Origin: Myxococcales bacterium
GTDB lineage: Bacteria; Myxococcota_A; UBA9042
DNA: 45,009 nt
Direction: 5' to 3'
Assembly: GCA_037441385.1 (NCBI GenBank)
Contig: JBBISH010000042.1
Location: forward strand, 1-45,009
The notes under the pieces are model-generated. The model was not told where the DNA came from and did no database searches. It was given only the letters and a program-made list of their open reading frames with translations. The position numbers and the translations under genes were made by a program. This document shows positions 1 to 8,926 of the stretch, in pieces (position 1 is the stretch's first letter; every line of letters begins with the position of its first letter).

Positions 1-1
1 G

Positions 2-115
2 GTGCGGGCGGCCCGGGGCGAGGCGGTCGAATTCGTCAGCTTCCCGCTGTACAGCTTCGCCTGCGCGTCGGTGGCGGTTCCGGTCGGCCCTGTCCTCAAT
101 GAAAATGCGGAGTAG
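2..115 (+). CDS. Possible 3' end of an upstream gene (partial, unknown product)
   Basis: Open frame from the window edge (VRAARGEAVEFVSFPLYSFACASVAVPVGPVLNENAE) ending at TAG 113-115. Too short to assign. Confidence 0.3.
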   Translation: MRAARGEAVEFVSFPLYSFACASVAVPVGPVLNENAE

Positions 116-127
116 AAAATGCCCCCC
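111..127 (+). repeat. Dispersed 17-bp motif AGTAGAAAATGCCCCCC, copy 1
   Basis: Exact match to 27205-27221 (minus strand) and 39137-39153 (plus strand). Confidence 0.9.
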
Positions 128-147
128 AAGATGGCAGACGAGCGAAG

Positions 148-176
148 TTGAGGTTTGCCGGCCAACCGGCTATACC
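148..176 (+). promoter_or_regulatory. Candidate sigma70-type promoter for the lipoprotein operon
   Basis: TTGAGG (148-153), 17-nt spacer, TATACC (171-176). Only a partial consensus match. Confidence 0.3.
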
Positions 177-264
177 GAAAAGAGCAGGCGGGGCACCCCC
201 CGGAGCCCGCCGCGGAGTGGCCTTGCTGCACCTTTGCCCGCGCTGGTCCTGGCGCCCAAACTTC

Positions 265-3200
265 GTGCGTTTTTGTGCACTTGTAGCCCTAGTCTTGATG
301 ACAGCTGGTTGTGGTGGCAACCCCCCGCCCGCGAGCACGGCCAAGGTCGACGGCAGCGGCCAGGTCCAGGGCGACAGCAACGGCGACGACGGCGGGCCAG
401 ACGGCGCGTCCAGCGACCTGGGCAGCAGCGACTCGGGCATCGCCACCCAGGACGCCGGCGGCACCTGCCCCGGAGCAGCGGGCTGCAGCTGCACCGAGAA
501 CGCCGAGTGCGATGGCGGACTCTGCATCGACACGCCCGACGGCAAGAAGTGCGCCAAGAACTGCACCAGCGACTGCCCCGGCGGCTTCAAGTGCGTGCAA
601 ACCCCCGTCAGCGCGGGCGATATAGCCAGCATCTGCGTGCCCAGCTGGGGCAAGCTCTGCAACCCGTGCCTGACCAGCAAGGCGTGCTCCGCGCTCGGGC
701 AGGCCACCGCGTCGTGCGTGATCCACGGCGACGCCGGGGCGTTCTGTGGCGCCGACTGCAGCCAAGATAGTGACTGTCCTGCAGATTTCAAATGCGGCGA
801 ACTCGCCACCGTGGAAGGCACCAAGGCCAAGCAATGCGTCCCCAAGGGCGCCAGCGCCGGCGAGATCGGCGCCTGCACCTGCAGCAAGGCGGCGACGGCA
901 GCCAAGCTTTCGACCCAATGCACCGCCAAGGCCAAAGACGGCAGCGGCGGCTGCCCGGGCCAGCGCGCGTGCGGCCAAGACGGCCTAAGCGCCTGCACCA
1001 CCTCTGAGTTTGGCGACGAGGTCTGCGACGGCGCCGACAACGACTGCGACGGCAAGACTGACGAGGGCACCTGCGACGACAGCTCGACCTGCACCGTCGA
1101 CCTCTGCGTGCCGGCCAGCGCCACCAGCGAGCCGGGCAAGTGCACCCACACCATCAAAAACGGCCAGCCCTGCGATGCTGACGGCAACGCCTGCACCGAA
1201 AACGACCAGTGCGAAGGCGCCGTCTGCACCCCCGGCAAGGTCAAGAACTGCGACGACAACAACCCCTGCACCGCCGACAGCTGCGACCTCCAAAAGGGCT
1301 GCCTGCACCAAAGCGACGAAGGCGCCGCCTGCGACGACGAAAACCCCTGCACCGTCGGCGACGTCTGCGCCGCCAGCAGTTGCACCCCCGGCAAACCCAA
1401 GAACTGCCCCACCAACCAGCAGTGCATGGTCGGCCTCTGCGACCTGCAGTCCGGCAAGTGCAACTACGCCTACGCCGACGACGGCACCCTCTGCGACGAC
1501 GGCACGCTCTGCTCGGGCAACGACACCTGCCAAAAGGGCGCCTGCAAAGGCAAAGTCGAGAACTGCGACGACGGCAACAGCTGCACCAACGACGGCTGCG
1601 AAGCCGCCACCGGCTGCAGCCACACACCGGCCGGCGCCGTCTGCAACGACGGCAACGCCTGCACCGACGGCGACCACTGCGACGCCGGCAGCTGCGTCAC
1701 CCTCCCCAAGTCCGCGACCGCCTGCGACGACAATAACGCTTGCACCACCGACAGTTGCGACCCCAGCCAAGGCTGCGTCCACGCCATCAAGACCGGCCCC
1801 TGCGAGGACGGCGACGCCTGCACCGTGGGCGACTCCTGCAAGGCCGGCGTCTGCACCCCCGGCAACCAGTCATGCCCATGCCAGGTCGACTCGGACTGCG
1901 CCCCCCAAGAAGACGGCAACCTCTGCAACGGCACGCTCTACTGCAAGGCCATCACCACCGGCAAAGTCTGCGTCATCGACCCCGCCTCCATCGTCAACTG
2001 CACGGGCGAGGCCGACACCACCTGCCAAAAGAACACCTGCGACCCCAAGAACGGCATCTGCACGATGAAGGCCATGGCCGAAGGCACGCCCTGCGACGCC
2101 GACGGCAGCGTCTGCACCGCCGGGGACGGCTGCGCCGCGGGCGTCTGCAGCGCCGGCCCCAAGGTCGACTGCGACGACAAGAACCCATGCACGACAGACA
2201 GTTGCAACCCCATCATGGGCTGCCTCCACGCCGCCAACAGCGACCCGTGCGACGCCGACGGCAACGCCTGCACCAAGAACGACACCTGCGAGGGCAAGGT
2301 CTGCCTGCCCGGCCCCATGACCATCTGCGACGACAAGAACAGCTGCACCGCCGACCAGTGCAACATCCTGACCGGACTGTGCAGCTTCGCCTCGCTCCCC
2401 AAAGACGGCTCGCCCTGCGACGCCGACAACACGCTCTGCACGGCCCCCGACCTCTGCAGCAGCGGCGTGTGCGGCGCCGGCCCCGTGGTCGACTGCGACG
2501 ACAAAAACCCTTGCACGGACGACTCTTGCACGCCACTGACCGGCTGCCAGCACGTCGCCAACACCCTGCCCTGCAACGCCGACGACAGCGAGTGCACCAA
2601 GAACGACTTCTGCAGCGGCGGCAAATGCACCGCCGGCCCCAAGGTGGTCTGCGACGACAACAAGCCGTGCAGCAAGGACTCCTGCAACCCATTGGACGGC
2701 AAGTGCATCTTTGACGTACCCGGCGCCAACGGCCTGGCCTGCGACGCCGACGCCAGCGTCTGCACCCAGGGCGACGCGTGCAAGGACGGCCTGTGTTTGC
2801 CCGGACCGGCCACCACCTGCGACGATCTGAACCCGTGCACCAGCGACAAGTGCGACACCAAGACCGGCTGCAGCCACACCGTGCTGGCCGACGAGACGCC
2901 GTGCAACACCGGCCAGGTCTGCAAAATGGGCCTGTGCAAAGACCCGTACCCCTGCAACTATGCCTACGAATACGACTACGGCAACAGCGGCAACGACCGG
3001 CCGACCGCGGTGGTGGTCGACGGCAGCGGCAGCACGATCGCCATCAACACCGAGGCCTCGGTCGGCGGCCCCACCGACGTGTGGATCCTGCACCTGCCGC
3101 CCTCAGGAGTGCTCAAAGATACCGGCGGCTGGAGCACCCCCCTCGTTGGCGGCACCGGCACGGGCGTCGACGAGGTGCGCGACGTGGTGCCGTCGCTTGG

Positions 3201-4167
3201 CGGCTATGTCCTGGTCGGCCGCTCGAACAGCCCAGGCGGTGCGGGGGGGTACGACGTGCTTCTGGCGCGGTTGGACGGCTACGGTACCAAGCAGTGGCTG
3301 ACCGTCCAGGGCAGCACTGGCGACGAGGGCGGCACCGCGGTCGCGGCTACGGCCATGGGCAATTTCGTGGTGGGCACCCAGGGCGACGCGGCCCTGTTCA
3401 TGTGGACCGACATGGCTGGCAAGGCGGTCTGGAGCAAAAGCATCCCCGGTTCGCGCTTCCTGGACACGGCGGTCAGCGGCAGCAACTTCGTGGCGGTGGG
3501 CGACACCGTGGCCAAGTCCGCGGGCCTGAACGACTGCCTGCTGGCGCAAATCGACGGCAAGGGCAGCGTGCTGTGGAGCCAGACCTACGGCGGCGCCAAG
3601 CCCGACCAATGCAACTCATTGATCGTACTGAGCGATGGCTACCTGCTGGCCGGCCAGACCCAGTCCAGCGGCGCCGGCGACTACGACGGCTGGCTGATCC
3701 GCACCGACCTGAGCGGCAAGAAGCTGTGGGAGCGCACCTACGGCGGCAGCAGCACCGACACCTTCAGTCAAGTCATTGCTGCACCTCAGGGTTTTGCCCT
3801 GGTGGGTACCAGCCAGCAGGGCTTTGGCGGCGACGCGGCGGAGCTGTGGCTGGTCCGCACCGACGCGGCCGGCAGCAAGCTGGCGTCCGTGCCGTTTGGC
3901 GGCCCCGGCGACCAGTACGGCACGGCCATCGGTGCGCTCAAAGACGCCTTCGTGGTGGCGGGCAACACCAACAACCACTTGGGACTCAAGGGCTTTGACG
4001 ATGTGTGGGTGCTGCGGGTCGACCCTTGGCTGGCGCCCAACTGCAAGGTCTCTGGCAGCTGCGGCCCCCTCCTGCCGGCCGACTGTGACGACAACAACGC
4101 CTGCACCGCCGATTGGTGCACCGCCAGCAGCGGCTGCAGCCACACGGCCATCACACCATGCAACTAG
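265..4167 (+). CDS. Large cysteine-rich repeat lipoprotein with C-terminal beta-propeller-like repeats
   Basis: GTG at 265 gives the signal peptide/lipobox MRFCALVALVLMTAGC (ORF track starts at 148). About 20 CDDxNxCTxDxC-type repeats, one EVCDGADNDCDGKTDEG metal-binding-type motif, then WxxTYGG...D.WL.RTD..G repeats. Confidence 0.85.
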   Translation: MRFCALVALVLMTAGCGGNPPPASTAKVDGSGQVQGDSNGDDGGPDGASSDLGSSDSGIATQDAGGTCPGAAGCSCTENAECDGGLCIDTPDGKKCAKNCTSDCPGGFKCVQTPVSAGDIASICVPSWGKLCNPCLTSKACSALGQATASCVIHGDAGAFCGADCSQDSDCPADFKCGELATVEGTKAKQCVPKGASAGEIGACTCSKAATAAKLSTQCTAKAKDGSGGCPGQRACGQDGLSACTTSEFGDEVCDGADNDCDGKTDEGTCDDSSTCTVDLCVPASATSEPGKCTHTIKNGQPCDADGNACTENDQCEGAVCTPGKVKNCDDNNPCTADSCDLQKGCLHQSDEGAACDDENPCTVGDVCAASSCTPGKPKNCPTNQQCMVGLCDLQSGKCNYAYADDGTLCDDGTLCSGNDTCQKGACKGKVENCDDGNSCTNDGCEAATGCSHTPAGAVCNDGNACTDGDHCDAGSCVTLPKSATACDDNNACTTDSCDPSQGCVHAIKTGPCEDGDACTVGDSCKAGVCTPGNQSCPCQVDSDCAPQEDGNLCNGTLYCKAITTGKVCVIDPASIVNCTGEADTTCQKNTCDPKNGICTMKAMAEGTPCDADGSVCTAGDGCAAGVCSAGPKVDCDDKNPCTTDSCNPIMGCLHAANSDPCDADGNACTKNDTCEGKVCLPGPMTICDDKNSCTADQCNILTGLCSFASLPKDGSPCDADNTLCTAPDLCSSGVCGAGPVVDCDDKNPCTDDSCTPLTGCQHVANTLPCNADDSECTKNDFCSGGKCTAGPKVVCDDNKPCSKDSCNPLDGKCIFDVPGANGLACDADASVCTQGDACKDGLCLPGPATTCDDLNPCTSDKCDTKTGCSHTVLADETPCNTGQVCKMGLCKDPYPCNYAYEYDYGNSGNDRPTAVVVDGSGSTIAINTEASVGGPTDVWILHLPPSGVLKDTGGWSTPLVGGTGTGVDEVRDVVPSLGGYVLVGRSNSPGGAGGYDVLLARLDGYGTKQWLTVQGSTGDEGGTAVAATAMGNFVVGTQGDAALFMWTDMAGKAVWSKSIPGSRFLDTAVSGSNFVAVGDTVAKSAGLNDCLLAQIDGKGSVLWSQTYGGAKPDQCNSLIVLSDGYLLAGQTQSSGAGDYDGWLIRTDLSGKKLWERTYGGSSTDTFSQVIAAPQGFALVGTSQQGFGGDAAELWLVRTDAAGSKLASVPFGGPGDQYGTAIGALKDAFVVAGNTNNHLGLKGFDDVWVLRVDPWLAPNCKVSGSCGPLLPADCDDNNACTADWCTASSGCSHTAITPCN

Positions 4168-5309
4168 CTTTCCGGCTTGGGCTTGTCGCCCTCGCGCTGG
4201 GTCTGGTGGCCTGTTCGAGCGAGGACGACAGCGCCCCGAGCTTGGGCCCGATCGAAGCGGTGGTCGACGCCAAAGCCCGCGGCGTGTGGCCGGGCCTCGA
4301 ACAAGCCGACGGCAGCCGCCGCGTGCCGGCGATCGGCGTGTACTACGACCAAAACCCGGCGGAATGCTGGTTCTTTGGCCCGTCAACCCGTCAAACGGCC
4401 GACGTGTTCTTGTTCTGCGCCGAGGGCGACAGTCTCTGCCCCTTCGACGCCCAAGGGCGCGCACAGTGGTCGCGGATGCACGGCGACCCCGTATTCGCCC
4501 GCCAGCCCGGCGAGATCGGCTACTCGCCCTATTGGCTGGTGTGGGTGGTCCGGGTCGGCAGCCAGTACTCGGCCAACTGCCTCAAGTCGGTCGATGCCAT
4601 CCACGCCGCCAGCGACGCCAAGCAAGTTCGGTTAGAACAACATGTTTTTCGCCACGCCGATCCCTTTGGCCCCGGCCCAACCGTGATGCACTGCGCTCTG
4701 GTGCTCGCCAAGACCACCCTAGAGGGGCAGCTACCGGGGCAGACCGCAGCCTGGCAGCCCATCACGGAGCTGCAAGGCTGGATCAAGCAATACCGCGTGC
4801 ATTTCTACGACTTCTCGGCTACCGAGGGCGTGGGTCCCGCCGCGCCGATCAGCCAGTCGCGGCCCATGATGATCGTCAGCGACGCGTGGCTGCCGATGCG
4901 CGACTGCACCGGGGGCTCGACCTCGCCCGCCTGCCTGGCCAAAAGCACCTTGAAGGGCGCCGTGAGCGAACTCCACGCCCAGGCCGACTGGAATGGCGAC
5001 GGCGATCAGCGGGACACCAATTTGATCCTGAGCACTTGGCCCTATCAGACCGCAGTGCCCTATTCGCCCCTGTGGCGAGTCAACCTGGCGCGCGTGCGCG
5101 CGGGCCACGACGCCGACCTGCCCATGGTCGACACGTCGACGGCCACCTCGCCCCTGCGCTCGCTACAAGACTTGGAAACCGCACAGAAAAAAGGCTGGAT
5201 GGACGCCCCTGAACCACTCAGCGAGGCGCGGACCGGCCTGACCGTGCCAGGCAACGACGGCGCGGTCTATTTCAGTTGCCCGGTGCGAGTCAAAGCGACC
5301 CCGCAGTGA
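4158..5309 (+). CDS. Uncharacterised lipoprotein with YSPxW motifs (paralogue A)
   Basis: ATG 4158 overlaps the upstream stop. Lipobox LGLVAC, motifs GYSPYW and YSPLWRV, DWNGDGD loop. Aligns end to end with the next gene. Confidence 0.8.
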   Translation: MQLAFRLGLVALALGLVACSSEDDSAPSLGPIEAVVDAKARGVWPGLEQADGSRRVPAIGVYYDQNPAECWFFGPSTRQTADVFLFCAEGDSLCPFDAQGRAQWSRMHGDPVFARQPGEIGYSPYWLVWVVRVGSQYSANCLKSVDAIHAASDAKQVRLEQHVFRHADPFGPGPTVMHCALVLAKTTLEGQLPGQTAAWQPITELQGWIKQYRVHFYDFSATEGVGPAAPISQSRPMMIVSDAWLPMRDCTGGSTSPACLAKSTLKGAVSELHAQADWNGDGDQRDTNLILSTWPYQTAVPYSPLWRVNLARVRAGHDADLPMVDTSTATSPLRSLQDLETAQKKGWMDAPEPLSEARTGLTVPGNDGAVYFSCPVRVKATPQ

Positions 5310-5417
5310 GCCGATGACAGCCGGCGTTTAGCCCTTGGCGAACCCAATGGGCCGGGAGTATCCTCTGTAGGCGAGGCACTCGTCGTCGCCAGCGCGGTGC
5401 CATCACGCAGGATCAAG

Positions 5418-6635
5418 ATGAGCGCGCTCCCTCCCCGCCGCTTCGCTGCGGCGACCCTGTTCGTCCTCGCGGTCTTGGCGCTGAGCGGCTGCCCCAGCGA
5501 GACCCCGCCGTCGCTCGTCCAGCCCGGCCTGGGCCCCGTGGAAGCCTCGCTGACCAGCCAAGACCGCACGGTCTACCCTGGCTTGGACCTGCCGGACGGC
5601 ACCAGGTATGTCCGCCAGATCAACGGGTATTTCAACGGCGAACAAACCGGCTACTGGTTCTTTGGCTTTGCTGCACGCCGCACCGCCGACGCGTTCTTTG
5701 TGTGCCGCAACGGCGACGACCAGTGCCCGCTCGACCCCAAAGGCCACATCACCTGGGACCGCTTGGTCGGCGACCCGGTCTTCTCGCACATCCCGACCGA
5801 GAGCGGCTACTCGCCGTTCTGGGTCATGTGGACCGTCCGCGTGCCGGCCGACTACAAACCCAATGACATCAAGTCGATGGACGGCATGTTGGCGGCCAAG
5901 GCGGCTGGGTGGATCACCTTTGACATGCAGACGTTCGACCACGGCGGCACCATCGGCAAGGACCTGACCATCACGCACTGCGCGCAAGTCTTGGCCGGAA
6001 CCACCCTGGACCGCGCCGGCGAGACGCTGGTCAACAAACCGACCGTGAAAATGCGCGTGATTGCACCGCGCAAGGGCTGGCACAAGCAGCACCAGGTCAC
6101 CTTCTTCGACTTCAACGCCAGCGAAGGCGTCAGCTCGCCCGACCCGATCAGCCAGAGCCGGCCGCTCATGCGCACCAGCGACATCTTTGTGGCGTTCCGG
6201 GACTGTGCAGGCGGCAGCCAGTCGCTCATCTGCAAGAAGGTCAACAGCTTGCAGGGTTCGGTCAGCGAGCGCGGCACCGAAACCGACTTTACCAACGACG
6301 GCGACAAGCGCGATACCAACAACGTCCTGGTGGCGTTCCCGTACACCGCGCCGGTCGACCCCAAGGACGCCGACCGCGCCTATTCGCCGCTTTGGCGCGT
6401 AACAGCATGGAAAATAAAACCTTCTTACGACGACCAGGTCAAGCTCGTCGACTACACCCTGGACCAAGACAAGTCCGCCGTAAAGTCGGTGGCGCAGGTC
6501 CGGGAACACCTGGCGGCCGGACACCTGTATCCCCTTGAGTTCGTGAATGAAGGCATGACGGGCACGGCGATCCCGGGCAACGACGGCCTGACCTTCTTTT
6601 CGTGCCCGTCGCAGGTGGCGTTCGATGCTCCGTAA
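5418..6635 (+). CDS. Uncharacterised lipoprotein with YSPxW motifs (paralogue B)
   Basis: ATG 5418, lipobox LALSGC, motifs GYSPFW and YSPLWRV, DFTNDGD loop. C-terminal PGNDG..F.SCP is shared with paralogue A. Confidence 0.8.
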   Translation: MSALPPRRFAAATLFVLAVLALSGCPSETPPSLVQPGLGPVEASLTSQDRTVYPGLDLPDGTRYVRQINGYFNGEQTGYWFFGFAARRTADAFFVCRNGDDQCPLDPKGHITWDRLVGDPVFSHIPTESGYSPFWVMWTVRVPADYKPNDIKSMDGMLAAKAAGWITFDMQTFDHGGTIGKDLTITHCAQVLAGTTLDRAGETLVNKPTVKMRVIAPRKGWHKQHQVTFFDFNASEGVSSPDPISQSRPLMRTSDIFVAFRDCAGGSQSLICKKVNSLQGSVSERGTETDFTNDGDKRDTNNVLVAFPYTAPVDPKDADRAYSPLWRVTAWKIKPSYDDQVKLVDYTLDQDKSAVKSVAQVREHLAAGHLYPLEFVNEGMTGTAIPGNDGLTFFSCPSQVAFDAP

Positions 6636-7116
6636 GGCCCTGACGCTACTGCTGTTCGCCGCCGCTTGGGGCTGCGTGCCCGACGCCGACGTGGAACCGA
6701 CTTCGTGCCACAACCCGCTCCCCGGCACCATGGAGGTCGGCGGCGGCGACATGGCCACGGGCTACCAGCCCATGATGGATGGCGACAACGCGCTGGTCAC
6801 GCTGGGGCCGCAGGGCCTGCACATGATCCTGGTCAGCGTCAAGCTGAAGAACTACGAGGCCGCGCAAGTTGGCGCCGGGCGCACCCAGCTGTGGCTGAGC
6901 CTCTACAGCGGCAGCAAGCTGCTGGGCGCGACACCGGTGACCCAAGAGCCGACGATGCAAGCCGATGGCACCATGGTGTTCTTGGGCCTGCGGCCGACCA
7001 TCACCGCCGACGACGCCAAGATCTACTTCGACAAGCTCGCCACCGTTGAAGTCAGCATCCGCGACGGCTGCGACCGCATGGTAACCGGCAAGCGCGTCGT
7101 CAAACTGATTCAGTAA
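6625..7116 (+). CDS. Hypothetical lipoprotein
   Basis: Signal/lipobox MLRKALTLLLFAAAWGC. Start overlaps the upstream stop. Confidence 0.75.
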   Translation: MLRKALTLLLFAAAWGCVPDADVEPTSCHNPLPGTMEVGGGDMATGYQPMMDGDNALVTLGPQGLHMILVSVKLKNYEAAQVGAGRTQLWLSLYSGSKLLGATPVTQEPTMQADGTMVFLGLRPTITADDAKIYFDKLATVEVSIRDGCDRMVTGKRVVKLIQ

Positions 7117-7118
7117 GG

Positions 7119-8006
7119 ATGCGCTGCGGCAGGCGCCAGTTGGGCGCGTTGGCTTTGGCCCCACTCGCGGCCATGTGCGGCAAGACCGCCCCCGACCCGC
7201 GCGGCGAAATGGCCCGGGATCAGTTCCTTTTTGCGGCCTGGCGCCCGGAGCCGTTGGTGGCGCTGCTGGTGCTGCAACGGCAGCGGGCGGCGCCCAACCA
7301 GCCAGTGTACCTAGAGGCCAAGGCCTTCGTCGCTGCCCGCGGCGAGCTGAAGCTCTTGTTTTTTGACCGCGTGGCGCTGGATACCTGGCCGGCCAGTCTA
7401 ACGGCAGCGGTGACGGCGTGGCAGGCCGTGGGCCGGGTTCGCCCTACGCTGGTGTGTCGCGGGATGGAGCTGCAGCTCGGCGTGCAATTGCCCAGTGGCG
7501 GGCTCCAGTTGCAGTGCCAGGACCTGCAGCCAGCGGGCGAATCGGACGACCCACATGGTCGCAGCGCCCTGCGGGCAGGTTCGGCGACCTTCACCGTCAA
7601 CGGCCAGACCTGGCCGGGCGAGCTCTTGTGCGAAGAGCTGCTGCCGGGCGCGCGCGCCTGGGTGCGCTACCACCAGTTCGCCATGTGGGCAGTCGCCGCC
7701 CGCTCGGGAGCGCTGATCCTGGCGCGGGTACGGCCGGGGCAGCCCGATCCGGTCGCCGTGCAAGTCTTGGGTGGTAAGGTGGCCCGCGTGCGCTGGCAGG
7801 CCAACGAGACTCAGCAAGTCCTTGACCAGTCAACCCATTTTCCGATCACCCACGAGTGGCAGGTGGGCGATCCGCCCCAACTGGTCGCGCGGACCGGTGG
7901 CTCTACGGCGCACGGACAAAGTCCCGCGGGCACTCCCGCGCTCTACGACATGGCCGTGGCCCGCAGCGACACCCTGTTGGCGCTGGTGTCCACGCTGGCG
8001 GACTGA
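7119..8006 (+). CDS. Hypothetical exported protein, possibly a lipoprotein
   Basis: Starts 2 nt after the previous stop. N-terminus MRCGRRQLGALALAPLAAMC has RR, a hydrophobic stretch and a Cys. Confidence 0.6.
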   Translation: MRCGRRQLGALALAPLAAMCGKTAPDPRGEMARDQFLFAAWRPEPLVALLVLQRQRAAPNQPVYLEAKAFVAARGELKLLFFDRVALDTWPASLTAAVTAWQAVGRVRPTLVCRGMELQLGVQLPSGGLQLQCQDLQPAGESDDPHGRSALRAGSATFTVNGQTWPGELLCEELLPGARAWVRYHQFAMWAVAARSGALILARVRPGQPDPVAVQVLGGKVARVRWQANETQQVLDQSTHFPITHEWQVGDPPQLVARTGGSTAHGQSPAGTPALYDMAVARSDTLLALVSTLAD

Positions 8007-8039
8007 ACGCAGCGGGGCCCGCAGCGCGCCCTGCGAGCG

Positions 8040-8849
8040 CTACTTGGCGGCGGGCGGCGCGTCCGTCAGCTGCGCTTCCAGCTGCGCGGCGGTGAGCTCG
8101 CCCGAGGCGCGCCAGACTTCTTTGCCGCCGCGGTAAGCGACGAACACGGGCACGCCGTCGATGTGCTCGCGCTGGGCCAGTGGATCGCTCGACTCGATGT
8201 CGATGCGCACCACCTTGGCCTTGCCGGCGTATTTCTTGGCCAGTTCGTCCACAATCGGCGCCATGCGCTTGCAGGGCGCACACCAAGCCGTGTGGTAGTC
8301 GGCAAGCACCAGCTTCTCTTGGGCGAGCAGCGCGTCGAATTGCGCCGGACTCATTGCCTCGGCCGGGTTCACCGCGGTCGGCGCCTCGCGCACCACGGGC
8401 AGGCCCGCGCGTTGCCAACCGATGATGCCGCCGCCCAGGTGCACCACGTGCTTGAACCCCGCATCGATGAGCATCGGCGCGGCGGTCGCACTGCGGCTGC
8501 CAACGGCGCAGTAGACCAAAATCGTCTTGTCTTTCTGCATCTTGCGGATGCGCGACTCGAAGGCCGGGTCATTGATGTCGATGTTGGTGGCGCCGGCGAT
8601 GGCGCCGCGGGCCACTTCGCCCGGGGTGCGGACGTCGAGCAGCAGCACGTCGCCCTTGGCCAGCAAGGCCGCGAATTGCTGAGGATCGGCGGTCTCGCGG
8701 AGCGGCGCGCGCGCCGCGGCAGCCTGTCCAGCTGCTGGCGTCTCGGCACCGGCCAAGGGCGCGGGGGCCTCGCGCTGGCAGGCGGCCGCCACGGCCGCAG
8801 TCACCAGAAAAGTCGCGACACTAACTTGCGTTCTGTTCCAATTCCACAT
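8040..8849 (-). CDS. Rhodanese-thioredoxin fusion lipoprotein
   Basis: Lipobox VAAAC. Rhodanese motifs LLDVRTPGE and YCAVGSRS, followed by thioredoxin WCAPC and a GVP cis-Pro motif. Confidence 0.88.
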   Translation of the reverse strand: MWNWNRTQVSVATFLVTAAVAAACQREAPAPLAGAETPAAGQAAAARAPLRETADPQQFAALLAKGDVLLLDVRTPGEVARGAIAGATNIDINDPAFESRIRKMQKDKTILVYCAVGSRSATAAPMLIDAGFKHVVHLGGGIIGWQRAGLPVVREAPTAVNPAEAMSPAQFDALLAQEKLVLADYHTAWCAPCKRMAPIVDELAKKYAGKAKVVRIDIESSDPLAQREHIDGVPVFVAYRGGKEVWRASGELTAAQLEAQLTDAPPAAK

Positions 8850-8926
8850 GCTTGTACCTCGCCATCATGGCCCAAAGTGGGAGCCGCATTCGAACAAAAC
8901 GATTCGCCGCGCAGCGCGTGCGACGG

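Noticed and set aside
1070..2950. Recurring TGCGACGAC...TGCACC DNA repeats as a non-coding repeat array
   Set aside because: They are degenerate, in frame and fully explained by the protein's Cys-rich repeats.
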